NCBI GenBank assembly: GCA_016861165.1
Contig: BOKV01000012.1
Span: 21,401-85,400, forward strand
Direction: 5' to 3'
From: Alphaproteobacteria bacterium
GTDB lineage: Bacteria; Pseudomonadota; Alphaproteobacteria; Rhizobiales; Rhizobiaceae
DNA: 64,000 nt
The translations under genes were made by a program, and so were the position numbers. Each line of letters starts with the position of its first letter. The stretch's first letter is position 1. The notes below the pieces were generated by a model, which saw nothing but the letters and a program-made list of their open reading frames with translations, had not been told where the DNA came from and made no database searches. This document shows, in pieces, positions 1 through 10,852 of the stretch.

Positions 1-1
1 G

Positions 2-1537
2 GAAAGCCTCGCCGGCGCTTTGACCGCCGGCGCCTCGCGCCGGCCGACGCTGGTCATCGCCATGCTGCTCAGCGGCACGGTCGCCGCATCGGCCTTCATG
101 AACAACACCCCGGTGGTGCTCATCCTGATCCCGATCGTGATCCGGCTCGCTCGCTCCCTCGACATCGCCGCCACCCGGCTATTGATACCGATCTCCTACG
201 CGGCCATCCTCGGCGGCACCTGCACGCTGATCGGCACCTCGACCAACATCCTGGTCGACGGCGTGGCGCGCGGCGCCGGGCAGCCCGCTTTCACCATCTT
301 CGAGATGACGCCGATCGGCATCGTCGTGGCGCTGACCGGAACGCTGGTGATGCTGCTGCTTGGCCGCTACCTGCTGCCCGACCGGCGCAACGGCAATGAG
401 TCGCTGCTGTCGGGCGAGAGCGAGTTCCTCTCCGAGGTTACGGTGCGCGCCGAGGGCCGCCATACGCAGGCCAAGATCGGCGCGATCAGCGATTTCAAGC
501 GGCCCGGCCTCAAAATCCTCGGGCTGCGCAGCGGCACCGAGGTGATCCGCGACAACGTTGCCGAGCGGGTGATGAAGAAGGGCGATTCGCTGATCGTGCT
601 GGGCGCGGCCGCCGAGATACTGACCCTCAACGAGAAGCGCGGCCTGCATGTCGGCCTGCGCCGCAGCCAGGAGCGGGTTGGCGACAAGATCGTCGTCGAG
701 GCGGTGGTAGCGCCGCATCGGGCGACGGCGGGCGAGCGCATCGGCGACCTGATGCTCGGGCGGCGCTACGGCGTACGCATCCTCGGCGCCCATCGCCACC
801 GCCACATCCCCGGCTCCGACCTCGAAAGCGTCAAGCTTCGGCCAGCCGACAAGCTGCTGCTGGAGGGGCCGCCCGACAATCTCGATGTGCTGACCGAGCA
901 TGCCGACCTCGTGTCGGTGACCCGGCCGAGCGCGCGGCCCTATCGGCGCGACAAGGCGCCGGTCGCCGTCGGCGCGCTCGCCGCCGTGGTCGGGCTTGCC
1001 GCCTTCAACGTCATGGACATCGCCATTCTGGCGCTGCTCGCCGTCGCCGCCATACTGCTCCTGCGCTGCCTCGACAGCGACGAGGCCTGGGGCTCGATCG
1101 ACGGCTCGATCCTGGTGCTGATCTTCGCCATGCTGATCATCGGCGCCGGTCTGGAGCGATCGGGCGGGGTCCAGCTGATCGTCCAGACGATCGCGCCACA
1201 TCTGGCGACGCTGCCGCCACTGGTGACGCTGGTGGCGATCTACGCGATCTCCTCGGTGCTGACCGAACTTGTCACCAACAACGCCGTCGCCGTGCTGATG
1301 GCGCCGATCGCCCTCGGGCTCGCCGCCCAGATCGGCGTCGATCCGCGACCGTTCCTGATCGCCGTCATGATCGGGGCGAGCGCGAGCTTCGCCACGCCGA
1401 TCGGCTATCAGACCAACACGCTGGTCTATGGCGCCGGCAACTACCGCTTCACCGACTTCCTCAAGGTCGGCGTGCCGATGAATGTCGCGGTCGGCGTGGC
1501 GAGCTGCGCGGCGATCTGGTTCTGGTACGGGCTCTAG
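2..1537 (+). CDS. SLC13/DASS-family permease with internal TrkA-C (RCK_C) domains; 5' end lies outside the window
   Basis: The listed ORF 20..1537 stays open back to base 2. It has two membrane halves (FMNNTPVVLILIPI, GTSTNILV, TELVTNNAVAVLMAPIA) around two soluble RCK_C-like stretches. Codon third positions are GC-rich. Confidence 0.8.
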   Translation, partial: ESLAGALTAGASRRPTLVIAMLLSGTVAASAFMNNTPVVLILIPIVIRLARSLDIAATRLLIPISYAAILGGTCTLIGTSTNILVDGVARGAGQPAFTIFEMTPIGIVVALTGTLVMLLLGRYLLPDRRNGNESLLSGESEFLSEVTVRAEGRHTQAKIGAISDFKRPGLKILGLRSGTEVIRDNVAERVMKKGDSLIVLGAAAEILTLNEKRGLHVGLRRSQERVGDKIVVEAVVAPHRATAGERIGDLMLGRRYGVRILGAHRHRHIPGSDLESVKLRPADKLLLEGPPDNLDVLTEHADLVSVTRPSARPYRRDKAPVAVGALAAVVGLAAFNVMDIAILALLAVAAILLLRCLDSDEAWGSIDGSILVLIFAMLIIGAGLERSGGVQLIVQTIAPHLATLPPLVTLVAIYAISSVLTELVTNNAVAVLMAPIALGLAAQIGVDPRPFLIAVMIGASASFATPIGYQTNTLVYGAGNYRFTDFLKVGVPMNVAVGVASCAAIWFWYGL

Positions 1538-1578
1538 CGACCGGCGCCGGCCCGTTCCGACGCCCTTGCTCGGGAACA

Positions 1579-1602
1579 ATTATCTGACTAAAGTCAGATA
1601 AT
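1579..1602. promoter_or_regulatory. Perfect 11-bp-arm palindrome ATTATCTGACT-aa-AGTCAGATAAT overlapping the ATG of the MarR-GNAT gene; candidate autoregulatory operator
   Basis: Read directly at 1579..1602. It is an AT-rich island in GC-rich DNA and touches the start codon at 1601. Confidence 0.55.
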
Positions 1603-2476
1603 GCAACGGAACCAGATCGATCAGGTTCGCCGCTTCAACCGCCTGCTGACCAGGCGTGTCGGCGCGCTGCAGGACAGCTATCTCAAGCGTGGCCGGCCGC
1701 TGTCACAGGCACGGGTGATCTTCGAGGCCGGCGCGGCCGGCGGTATCGATCTGCGCGACCTGCGCGGCCGGCTCGGGCTCGACTCGGGCCATCTCAGCCG
1801 GCTCCTGCGCGCGCTCGAAGCCGACGGCTTCGTCGCGGTTGCCCGCAAGCCGGACGATGGCAGGGCCCGGCGGGTGGTGCTAACCGCCAGGGGTCGCGAG
1901 GAATTCGCTGCCTATGACAGGCTGTCGGACCGACTGGCCCGCTCGATGCTGGCGCCGCTCGGCGCCGCGCAGCGCGACCGGCTGGTTGCGGCGATGGGCG
2001 AGATCGAGCGGCTCATCCGCGCGGCGGAACTGACGGTCGCGATCGAGCCGGCCGACGGTGAGGCGGCGCGCTTCTGCCTGCGGCAATATTATGCGGAACT
2101 CGAGCAACGGTTCGAGACCGGCTTTTTCGCCGGCCCGGACGACGCCGCCGAACTGGCGCCGCCATCGGGCGCGTTCGTCGTCGCGCGCATTGGCGGCGAG
2201 CCGGTGGGCTGCGGCGGGCTCCGGCGGCTGGCGGCCGCAACGGGCGAGATCAAGCGGGTGTGGACGGCGCCGTCCATGCGCGGGCTGGGGGTGGCGAGCG
2301 CCATCCTGGCCAAGCTTGAGGCGATTGCGCGCGACCAGGGCCATGCGCGCCTGCGGCTCGACACCAACCGCACGCTGACCGAGGCGCACGCGCTCTACGC
2401 CGGGCGGGGCTATCGCGAGATCGCCCGCTACAACGACAACCCCTACGCGCACCACTGGTTCGAAAAGCGGCTGTAG
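1601..2476 (+). CDS. Bifunctional MarR-type HTH regulator / GNAT N-acetyltransferase fusion
   Basis: The N-terminus has a winged-helix MarR-like stretch (LRDLRGRLGLDSGHLSRLLRALEADGFV). The C-terminus has a GNAT acetyl-CoA motif ([21 protein letters not shown]). Confidence 0.8.
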   Translation: MQRNQIDQVRRFNRLLTRRVGALQDSYLKRGRPLSQARVIFEAGAAGGIDLRDLRGRLGLDSGHLSRLLRALEADGFVAVARKPDDGRARRVVLTARGREEFAAYDRLSDRLARSMLAPLGAAQRDRLVAAMGEIERLIRAAELTVAIEPADGEAARFCLRQYYAELEQRFETGFFAGPDDAAELAPPSGAFVVARIGGEPVGCGGLRRLAAATGEIKRVWTAPSMRGLGVASAILAKLEAIARDQGHARLRLDTNRTLTEAHALYAGRGYREIARYNDNPYAHHWFEKRL

Positions 2477-2491
2477 GCCGGGATGGCACGG

Positions 2492-3661
2492 TCAGCGCGC
2501 CAGGAAATCGCCGATCCGCTCGACCGCGCGGGCGATGTTGGCCTCCGAATTGGCATAGGACAGGCGGATGTAGCCCTCGCCGAGCACGCCGAAATCGGGC
2601 CCGCCAATGGTGGCGACGCCGGCCTCCTCCAGCAGCGCGGCGGCGAGCTTCTTTGCCTGCCAGCCGGTCGCCGAAATATTGGGAAAGGCATAGAAGGCGC
2701 CCTTCGGCACGCGGCAGGAGACGCCGGGCAGGGCGTTGACGGCATCGACGACCAGCCGGCGGCGCCGGTCGAAGGCGGCCATCATCGCGGCGGTGGCGTC
2801 CTGCGGGCCGTCGATCGCGGCGATGCCGGCATGCTGGGTGGGGGCGTTGACGCAGGACCAGCAATTGACGGCGAGCTTGCGGACCTTGTCGATCAGCCGG
2901 TCGGGCCAGACCGACCAGCCCATGCGCCAGCCGGTCATCGCCCAGGTCTTCGACCAGCCATTGAGCAGGATCAGGCGGTCGCGGATCTGCGGGAAAGTGA
3001 GCAGCGATACATGCTCTTCGCCGTCATAGGTCATCACGTCGTAGATCTCGTCGGAGAGGATGGCCAGGTCCGGCCTGTCGGCGAGGCCGGCCACCAGCCT
3101 CTCGATCTCGGCGCGCGGGGTAACGCCGCCGGTCGGGTTGGCCGGCGAATTGACGATGAGGAGGCGGGTGCGCCCGGTGACCAGCGTCAGGGTCTCCTCG
3201 GCCGAGAAGGCAAAGCCGTTCTCCTCGCGGATCGGCACCGGCACCGGCGTGGCGCCGGTGAACTCGATCATCGAGCGGTAGATCGGAAAGCCCGGATCGG
3301 GATAGAGGATTTCGGCGCCGGGCTCCCCGAACATCAGGATGGCGACGAACATCGTCACCTTGCCGCCGGGCACGATGACGACGCTGTCGGGCGACACCTC
3401 GACGCCGGTCGTCGCCAGCGTGCGCCGGGCGACCGCCTCGCGCAGGGCCAGGATGCCGGTCGCTGGCGTGTAGCCATGATGGCCGTCGCGCAGCGCCTTG
3501 ACGGCCGCCTCGACGATATGCGGCGGCGTCTGGAAGTCCGGCTGGCCGATGCCGAGATTGATGATGTCGCGGCCCCGCGCGGCAAGCGCGGTGGCCCGCG
3601 CGAGCACGGCGAAGGCGTTTTCCTCTCCGATGCGGTCGAAGGCGGCGATGGTGTGGAGCAT
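2492..3661 (-). CDS. Pyridoxal-phosphate-dependent aminotransferase (class I/II, aspartate/aromatic type)
   Basis: The homologous part of ORF 2492..4480 begins at MLHTIAAFDRIGEENAF (ATG at 3661). Motifs present: INLGIGQPDF, NSPANPTG, NGWSKTWAMTGWR. The upstream 270 codons have no coding character. Confidence 0.9.
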   Translation of the reverse strand: MLHTIAAFDRIGEENAFAVLARATALAARGRDIINLGIGQPDFQTPPHIVEAAVKALRDGHHGYTPATGILALREAVARRTLATTGVEVSPDSVVIVPGGKVTMFVAILMFGEPGAEILYPDPGFPIYRSMIEFTGATPVPVPIREENGFAFSAEETLTLVTGRTRLLIVNSPANPTGGVTPRAEIERLVAGLADRPDLAILSDEIYDVMTYDGEEHVSLLTFPQIRDRLILLNGWSKTWAMTGWRMGWSVWPDRLIDKVRKLAVNCWSCVNAPTQHAGIAAIDGPQDATAAMMAAFDRRRRLVVDAVNALPGVSCRVPKGAFYAFPNISATGWQAKKLAAALLEEAGVATIGGPDFGVLGEGYIRLSYANSEANIARAVERIGDFLAR

Positions 3662-3663
3662 GA

Positions 3664-3888
3664 TCAGGTTTCCGGCGCCAGTGCGGGCGTGATGTCGGTG
3701 TGGAAGAAATCGTTGCGGGCCAAGAGCAGCGGCAGATCGCGGTATTTGGCGACCGCGCAGACCAGGCAGTCGCCGAATTCGAGCTGCCCGGGATGACCGC
3801 GCGCGACCACGCTCATGCTTTCGCCGGTGCGGCGCCCGATCATTCGGATCAGCGCTTCGGTCTTCTTGTCGGGTATGGTAATCGCCAT
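3664..3888 (-). pseudogene. Collapsed vapBC remnant: VapB-like N-terminus fused in frame to a PIN (VapC) C-terminus
   Basis: The 74-aa ORF starts like VapB (MAITIPDKKTEALIRMIGRRTGESMS). It ends like VapC (FGDCLVCAVAKYRDLPLLLARNDFFHTDI). The middle of both genes is missing. Confidence 0.55.
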
Positions 3889-3958
3889 TGGTCCGGCCCA
3901 TGGGCTTCCTTGCTAGGAGGCACACATTGCCATGCAGCCATAAGACAAGAGTTGCGAC

Positions 3959-4651
3959 ATGTCGCCAGAAAACCTCTCCGGCTGGACGCCGCGTCCCCGG
4001 CCGCGACGCCGGGTCTTCGAAGGCCGCCGCGTGCGGCTGGAGCCGCTGGACGCGGATGCCCACGGCGACGCTCTCTACGCCGTTTCCACCATGGCCGATG
4101 CCGGCGAGCGCTTCCGCTGGCTGGCCGAGCAGCCGCCAGCGGACCGGCGGTCGTTCCAGCCATGGCTGGAACGGGTGCAGGCGAGCGACGATCCGCTCTA
4201 CTTCGCCGTCATCGATCTGGCCAGCGGGCGCGTGGCCGGCCGCCAGACACTGATGCGCATCGACGCGGGCAACGGCGTGATCGAGATCGGCGCCATCCTG
4301 TGGAGCGCGCTGATGGCGGGCCGGCCGGCGGCGACGGAAGCCTTCTTCCTGTTCGCCGCGCACGTCTTCGACGACCTCGGCTACCGCCGCCTCGAATGGA
4401 AATGCGATTACGACAATGCCCCGTCGAAGCGCGCGGCACTTCGCTTCGGCTTCACCTTCGAGGGCGTCTTCCGCCAGCACATGGTGGTCAAGGGGAAGAA
4501 TCGCGACACCGCTTGGTTCGCGATGATCGACCGCGACTGGCCGCTGGTCCGCGCCGCGCTGGCGGCCTGGCTCGATCCGGGCAATTTCGATGCCGAGGGA
4601 CGCCAGATCAGGCGGCTCGGCGACGTCCGCGCTTCTCTGGCCAGCCGCTGA
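3959..4651 (+). CDS. GNAT family N-acetyltransferase (RimJ/RimL-like)
   Basis: Motifs: VIEIGAILWSALMAGRPAATEA, RRLEWKCDYDNAPSKRAALRFGFTFEG. Confidence 0.8.
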   Translation: MSPENLSGWTPRPRPRRRVFEGRRVRLEPLDADAHGDALYAVSTMADAGERFRWLAEQPPADRRSFQPWLERVQASDDPLYFAVIDLASGRVAGRQTLMRIDAGNGVIEIGAILWSALMAGRPAATEAFFLFAAHVFDDLGYRRLEWKCDYDNAPSKRAALRFGFTFEGVFRQHMVVKGKNRDTAWFAMIDRDWPLVRAALAAWLDPGNFDAEGRQIRRLGDVRASLASR

Positions 4652-5677
4652 TCAGCCGGCCTCGGAAGGCGGCGGGCAGGTCGACTCGCGCACCCGCAAT
4701 TGCGGCGCGATCAGCACCTTGTCGCGCGCCACCGGCTGCCCGGCGAGGATCGCCAGCATGGCACGGGCGGCCCGCCGCCCCGCCTCCTGCTGGCCGTTCC
4801 ACACCGTGGTGAGCGCCGGCGAGGCGATCTCGGCCTCCGAAATGTCGTCATAGCCGGTGACGGCGACGTCGTGGCCCGGCACCAGTCCGAGCGAACGCAG
4901 CCCGCTCAGCACCCCGATCGCCACCAGATCGTTGAAGCAGACGATGCCGGTCGGGCGGATGCCTGCCTCGAACATGGCGCGTACGCTGTCATAGCCGGCC
5001 TTGCGCGTCGCCTGCGAGCCCATCTGCCAGGCCGGGTCAGGTTCGAGCCCGTGTTCGCGCATCGCGGTGAGGTAGCCCTCGCGCCGGTCGCGCCCGGTCG
5101 AGGTCTCGCGCCGGCCGCCGATGAAGGCGATGCGGCGATGGCCGAGCTCGATGAGATGGGTCGTGGCCATGCGGATGCCCTGCTTGTCGTCGCCGCGAAA
5201 CACCGGCGCGGTGGCGCCGGGCACCCAGCGGGCGATCATCACCACCGGCAGGCCGCTCTTCTCGATCTTGGCGATGTCGGCGGCCGTGGTGCCGATCGCC
5301 GGCGACAGGATGACGCCATCGGCGCCGAACTGCAGCAGGGTGTCGATGAAGTTGGTCTGGATCAGGATGTCGTCACGGTGGTTGCACAGCAGGAAGGTCT
5401 GCCGGTGGGCACCGAGTTCGTCCTCGATCGCCATCAGGATCTCGGCGAAGAACGGGTTCATGATGTCGTGGACGACGACGCCGATGATGCCGGAGCGCGA
5501 CGTGCGCAGGCTGGCGGCGCGGCGGTTGTAGATGTAGCCGAGCTCGACCGCGCTCCTCTTGATGCGCTCGCGCGTCGCCTCGGCGACCAGTGGGCTGTCG
5601 CGCAGGGCAAGCGACACCGTCGCCGTCGAGACCCCGAGATGTTCGGCTATGGTCGAAAGGGTGGTCTTGCTGCCCAC
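4652..5677 (-). CDS. LacI family transcriptional regulator
   Basis: N-terminal HTH (TLSTIAEHLGVSTATVSLALRD) followed by a periplasmic-binding-protein-like sugar-binding fold. Confidence 0.9.
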   Translation of the reverse strand: MGSKTTLSTIAEHLGVSTATVSLALRDSPLVAEATRERIKRSAVELGYIYNRRAASLRTSRSGIIGVVVHDIMNPFFAEILMAIEDELGAHRQTFLLCNHRDDILIQTNFIDTLLQFGADGVILSPAIGTTAADIAKIEKSGLPVVMIARWVPGATAPVFRGDDKQGIRMATTHLIELGHRRIAFIGGRRETSTGRDRREGYLTAMREHGLEPDPAWQMGSQATRKAGYDSVRAMFEAGIRPTGIVCFNDLVAIGVLSGLRSLGLVPGHDVAVTGYDDISEAEIASPALTTVWNGQQEAGRRAARAMLAILAGQPVARDKVLIAPQLRVRESTCPPPSEAG

Positions 5678-5759
5678 GCCCGGTCGCCCTCCTGTACGCT
5701 GCGATCCTTATGCCATCCAATGGCGGGGACGGGAAGCGCGGGGCGCGCGCGCGCCGCCG

Positions 5760-6218
5760 CTACGGGCCGGAGGCCGGCACGCTGTCGCCGCCGCGGCCGC
5801 CCGCGAGCCCGATCCTGACCTTTCTCAGGATCTTGCGCAGGCGCTTGAGCTCCTTGTCCGACAGGCGGCCGAACGCAACCGCCTCGGCCCTTGCCCAGGC
5901 CTGGTCGATCCGTTCGAGCAGGCCGGTGCCGGCCTCGGTCAGATGGACGTGGGCGCGCCGGCTGTCGCGCGGTGAACCCTGGCGGCGGACAAAGCCCTGC
6001 GCCTCCAGGCGCGCCACCATCTTGGAGACGGTTGGCGGGCGCACGCCGAGGGCCGCCGCCAGTTCGCTCATCGACTGGCCGTCCTGGCGGGCGAGCGTCT
6101 TCAGAAGGGTGTCCTGGCCGGAATAGATGCCGAGCTGCAGCAGGAGGTCGGCGCGCAGCGTCCGGCACAGCCGCGCCGCGTAGATCAGGCTGCCGGTCAG
6201 GTTGCCGTCCGCCTGCAA
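5760..6218 (-). CDS. MarR family transcriptional regulator
   Basis: Winged-helix motifs: MSELAAALGVRPPTVSKMVARLEAQGFVRR, DSRRAHVHLTEAG. Confidence 0.85.
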   Translation of the reverse strand: MQADGNLTGSLIYAARLCRTLRADLLLQLGIYSGQDTLLKTLARQDGQSMSELAAALGVRPPTVSKMVARLEAQGFVRRQGSPRDSRRAHVHLTEAGTGLLERIDQAWARAEAVAFGRLSDKELKRLRKILRKVRIGLAGGRGGDSVPASGP

Positions 6219-6437
6219 TGAGGGTCCTCCCGCGCCGGGTTCGGCCGCGCGAACCTACGGTGGATGGGTGAGCGATGTCAAAGCGGTGTCCTCGCTCAAG
6301 ATGAGACGCCGGGCGCTCCTTGGCTCGGCTGGCTTGGAGACGGTGGATCGGGGGCTTGCCGTCGAAGAGCGCCATGCTGCGGCGAATCCTCACGTCACTC
6401 CGTCGCATGTCTGTCCGAGACAGGTCAGCCGTGCGCG

Positions 6438-7418
6438 TCAGTCGACGGCAAGCACGATCTTGCCGATGTGGCGGCCTTCTTCCATGCGGGCATGGGCGGC
6501 GGCAGCCTCGGCCAGCGGGAAGGTGCTGTCCATGACCGGCCGCACGCGGCCGGCCTCGACGAGCGGCCAGACCCGGGCTTCCAGCTCGGCGGCGATCCCC
6601 GCCTTGAACTCGACCGGGCGCGGGCGCAGCGTCGAGCCGGTATGGGTGAGCCGCTTGGTCATCAGCTTGGCGAAATTGGCTTCCGCCCTCGGCCCGGCGA
6701 GGAAGGCGATCTGCACGATCCGCCCGTCAGGCGCGGCGGCGTCCCAGTTGCGCTCGATATAGGCACCGCCGACCATGTCGAGGATGAGGTCGACGCCGCG
6801 GCCGCCGGTGAAGTCGTGGCTGGCGGCAACGAAGTCCTCGGTCCGGTAGTTGATGGCCTGGTCGGCGCCGAGATCGAGGCAAGCCCGGCATTTGGCCGGC
6901 GAGCCGGCGGTGGCGATGACCGTGGCGCCGAACGCCTTGGCGAGCTGGATGGCGGTGGTGCCGATGCCGCTGGTGCCGCCGTGGACCAGGAACGTCTCGC
7001 CGGCCGTCAGGCGCCCGCGCTGGAAGACGTTGTGCCAGACCGTGAAGAAGGTCTCCGGTACCGCAGCCGCCTCCGCCATCGACAGTCCGGCGGGGATGGG
7101 CAGCGTGTTCGACAGGTGGGCGACGCACCACTGCGCGTAGCCGCCGCCCGGCACCAGCGCCATGACCCTGCGCCCGACCGCGGCCGCGTCGACGCCGGCG
7201 CCCGCCGCCGCGACCTCGCCGGCGATTTCCAGCCCCGGAATATCAGGGGCGCCGGGCGGCGGAGGATAGGCGCCCTGGCGCTGCAGGCAGTCGGGCCGGT
7301 TAACGCCCGCCGCCGCCACGCGAACGAGCACTTCGCCCTCGCGCGGCCGTGGCACCGGCCGCTCCTCGACGACCAGTACCTCCGGTCCGCCCGGTCGCGA
7401 TATGGCGATCGCCTCCAT
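6438..7418 (-). CDS. qor: NAD(P)H:quinone oxidoreductase (zeta-crystallin / medium-chain dehydrogenase family)
   Basis: Motifs: MEAIAISRPGGPEVL, LVHGGTSGIGTTAIQLAK. The ATG at 7418 has a GGAG upstream. An alternative ATG at 7436 would add 6 aa. Confidence 0.85.
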   Translation of the reverse strand: MEAIAISRPGGPEVLVVEERPVPRPREGEVLVRVAAAGVNRPDCLQRQGAYPPPPGAPDIPGLEIAGEVAAAGAGVDAAAVGRRVMALVPGGGYAQWCVAHLSNTLPIPAGLSMAEAAAVPETFFTVWHNVFQRGRLTAGETFLVHGGTSGIGTTAIQLAKAFGATVIATAGSPAKCRACLDLGADQAINYRTEDFVAASHDFTGGRGVDLILDMVGGAYIERNWDAAAPDGRIVQIAFLAGPRAEANFAKLMTKRLTHTGSTLRPRPVEFKAGIAAELEARVWPLVEAGRVRPVMDSTFPLAEAAAAHARMEEGRHIGKIVLAVD

Positions 7419-7518
7419 GGTCTCCGGCCGTTCCATGCTTCCCCCGAGTCCGCGCGCGGTTTTGGCCGCCGCTTCGATGGACTATAGTGATGCTTCGTTC
7501 GAATGGGAGGTTCAAGCC

Positions 7519-7710
7519 ATGTTCGACGAGGAAACCCCGCCGGCGCGCCAGCCTGGATACATGATCGGCCAGAAGCTCGATGCCATGTCGGTGGCCGAGA
7601 TCAACCAGACCATCGACCGGCTCAGGGCCGAGATCGAGCGGCTAGAGCGGGCCCGCGAGGCCAAGTCCGGCCACATGGCTGCCGCCGAGGCGCTTTTCTC
7701 GAAGAAATAG
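7519..7710 (+). CDS. DUF1192-family small coiled-coil protein
   Basis: MFDEETPP...MSVAEINQTIDRLRAEIERLERAREAK is typical of DUF1192. A GGGAGG Shine-Dalgarno lies 8 nt upstream of the ATG at 7519. Confidence 0.75.
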   Translation: MFDEETPPARQPGYMIGQKLDAMSVAEINQTIDRLRAEIERLERAREAKSGHMAAAEALFSKK

Positions 7711-7740
7711 CCCGGCAGCGCCGCCGAGCCCGCTTTGGCG

Positions 7741-7755
7741 TTAACCTTCGGTTAA
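7741..7755. promoter_or_regulatory. Full-consensus CtrA box TTAA-N7-TTAA (TTAACCTTCGGTTAA)
   Basis: Read directly. It lies in the DUF1192-rcdA intergenic region, about 25 nt upstream of a TATTAA -10-like hexamer at 7767..7772. Confidence 0.45.
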
Positions 7756-7779
7756 GCTTTATGGGGTATTAAGGAATCG

Positions 7780-7879
7780 ATCCAGTTTTGCTGGATTCAC
7801 TCCGGGTGGCCCCTGTCCACCCTGTTTGACGCCTCCCTGTTAACTCTTCAGAGCCGCGTTTCGCGGCTCTTTTTTTTTC
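7780..7879 (+). ncRNA. Candidate trans-acting sRNA of about 100 nt; the 5' end is inferred
   Basis: Hairpin ATCCAG/CTGGAT at 7780..7796. Hairpin GGGTGG/CCACCC at 7804..7822. Unpaired CCUCCC anti-Shine-Dalgarno motif at 7832..7837. Intrinsic terminator at 7851..7879. No coding potential. Confidence 0.5.
7851..7879 (+). terminator. Rho-independent terminator (GAGCCGCG-TTT-CGCGGCTC followed by a run of 9 T)
   Basis: An 8-bp GC-rich stem followed by a T-run, read directly. Confidence 0.85.
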
Positions 7880-8035
7880 CCCGCGCCTGGTCCGGGGCGG
7901 CGGCGGGGCTAACCATGTTGCCAGATTCCAGTGCCTTTCCGGCAGCTTCGCCGGTCAAAAGGCCGGTGCGGCCGCGCCCGGCACTTTACCGGATTGGCGG
8001 GCGGCGATAGAACAGGCGCGCGAGCAGGGACGAGC

Positions 8036-8596
8036 ATGAACAGCGAGCACAACAAGAGAGGCGGCAAGGCCATCCAGATACCGGAAGCAGGCCAGACCGT
8101 GAACCTTTCCGAGCGGTTCGCGCTGTCCGGGCGCTTCAAGCAGCTCTTCGCCGACGGCATGAGCCTGGTTGAGCAAAGCGCCAACTATCTCGACGGTCCG
8201 GGCCGCCAGGCGGCCAGGGAACTGTCGCGCCAGGCCGCGCTCATCTACGGCACCGAATCGATGCGGCTGACGACGCGACTGATGCAGCTCGCCTCATGGC
8301 TGCTGCTCCAGCGCGCCGCCAATGAGGGCGAACTGACCCGCGACCAGGTGATCGAGGAAAAGAAGAAGGTCAGACTCGAGACGCTGCCCCGGTCGGCGGA
8401 CGGCCAGGGCTGGGACGCGCTGCCACCGGCATTTGTCGAACTGGTCACGCGTTCGCTGACCCTGCAGAACCGCATCCTGACGCTCGACCAGGAAATCTAC
8501 GGCATCCGCGAGGCGGGGCCCGAGGCCAACGAAAACCCGGTCGACCAGCAGATCAACCTGCTGTCGACGGCGCTGGGCGCCATGCGCAAGGATTAG
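8036..8596 (+). CDS. rcdA: RcdA (regulator of CtrA degradation, DUF1465 family)
   Basis: Matching stretch: YLDGPGRQAARELSRQAALIYGTESMRLTTRLMQLASWLLLQRA. ATG at 8036; the listed ORF start at 7931 adds non-homologous residues. Confidence 0.75.
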   Translation: MNSEHNKRGGKAIQIPEAGQTVNLSERFALSGRFKQLFADGMSLVEQSANYLDGPGRQAARELSRQAALIYGTESMRLTTRLMQLASWLLLQRAANEGELTRDQVIEEKKKVRLETLPRSADGQGWDALPPAFVELVTRSLTLQNRILTLDQEIYGIREAGPEANENPVDQQINLLSTALGAMRKD

Positions 8597-8641
8597 CCGA
8601 CGGGCCCATGCGGCGCCGGGCCGGTCGATCGGCCGGCCGGG

Positions 8642-8863
8642 TCAGATGCCGAGGCCTTCGTACTTCTTCTTGAAGCGGGAGACGCGTCCGCCGCGGTCGA
8701 CGATCTGCTGGCTGCCGCCGGTCCAGGCCGGATGCGACTTCGAATCGATGTCGAGATGCAGCGTGTCGCCGTCCTTGCCCCAGGTCGAGCGCGTGACATA
8801 GTCGGTCCCGTCGGTCATGACGACGGTGATCTTGTGGTAGTCGGGATGGATGTCTTTCTTCAT
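8642..8863 (-). CDS. rpmE: 50S ribosomal protein L31 (no cysteines, non-zinc type)
   Basis: [22 protein letters not shown]...RFKKKY. ATG at 8863. Confidence 0.95.
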   Translation of the reverse strand: MKKDIHPDYHKITVVMTDGTDYVTRSTWGKDGDTLHLDIDSKSHPAWTGGSQQIVDRGGRVSRFKKKYEGLGI

Positions 8864-9031
8864 CGTGCTGTCCTGGATGAATGGCCCGGCACGGGCCGCG
8901 CGGCCGGCGCTGAGGCCGGCCACAAAAAAGCTGGCGGAGCCTATACATGACTGTTAAACGGGGCACAAGTCCGCGGCCCGCCGGCGTGCCCGTGCCCCCA
9001 CCAGTGCCCCGGTCAGACGCTCGGTTCGGCA

Positions 9032-10837
<1,806 letters not shown>

Positions 10838-10852
10838 GTCTTCCGCGTCGGT

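Noticed and set aside
2492-4480. N-terminal extensions implied by the ORF track for many genes, e.g. the 662-aa aminotransferase, 456-aa purK, 304-aa tolQ, 373-aa gap and 498-aa beta-helix ORFs.
   Set aside because: Homology and codon bias begin at internal starts that have Shine-Dalgarno sequences. The extensions overlap neighbouring genes or intergenic DNA.
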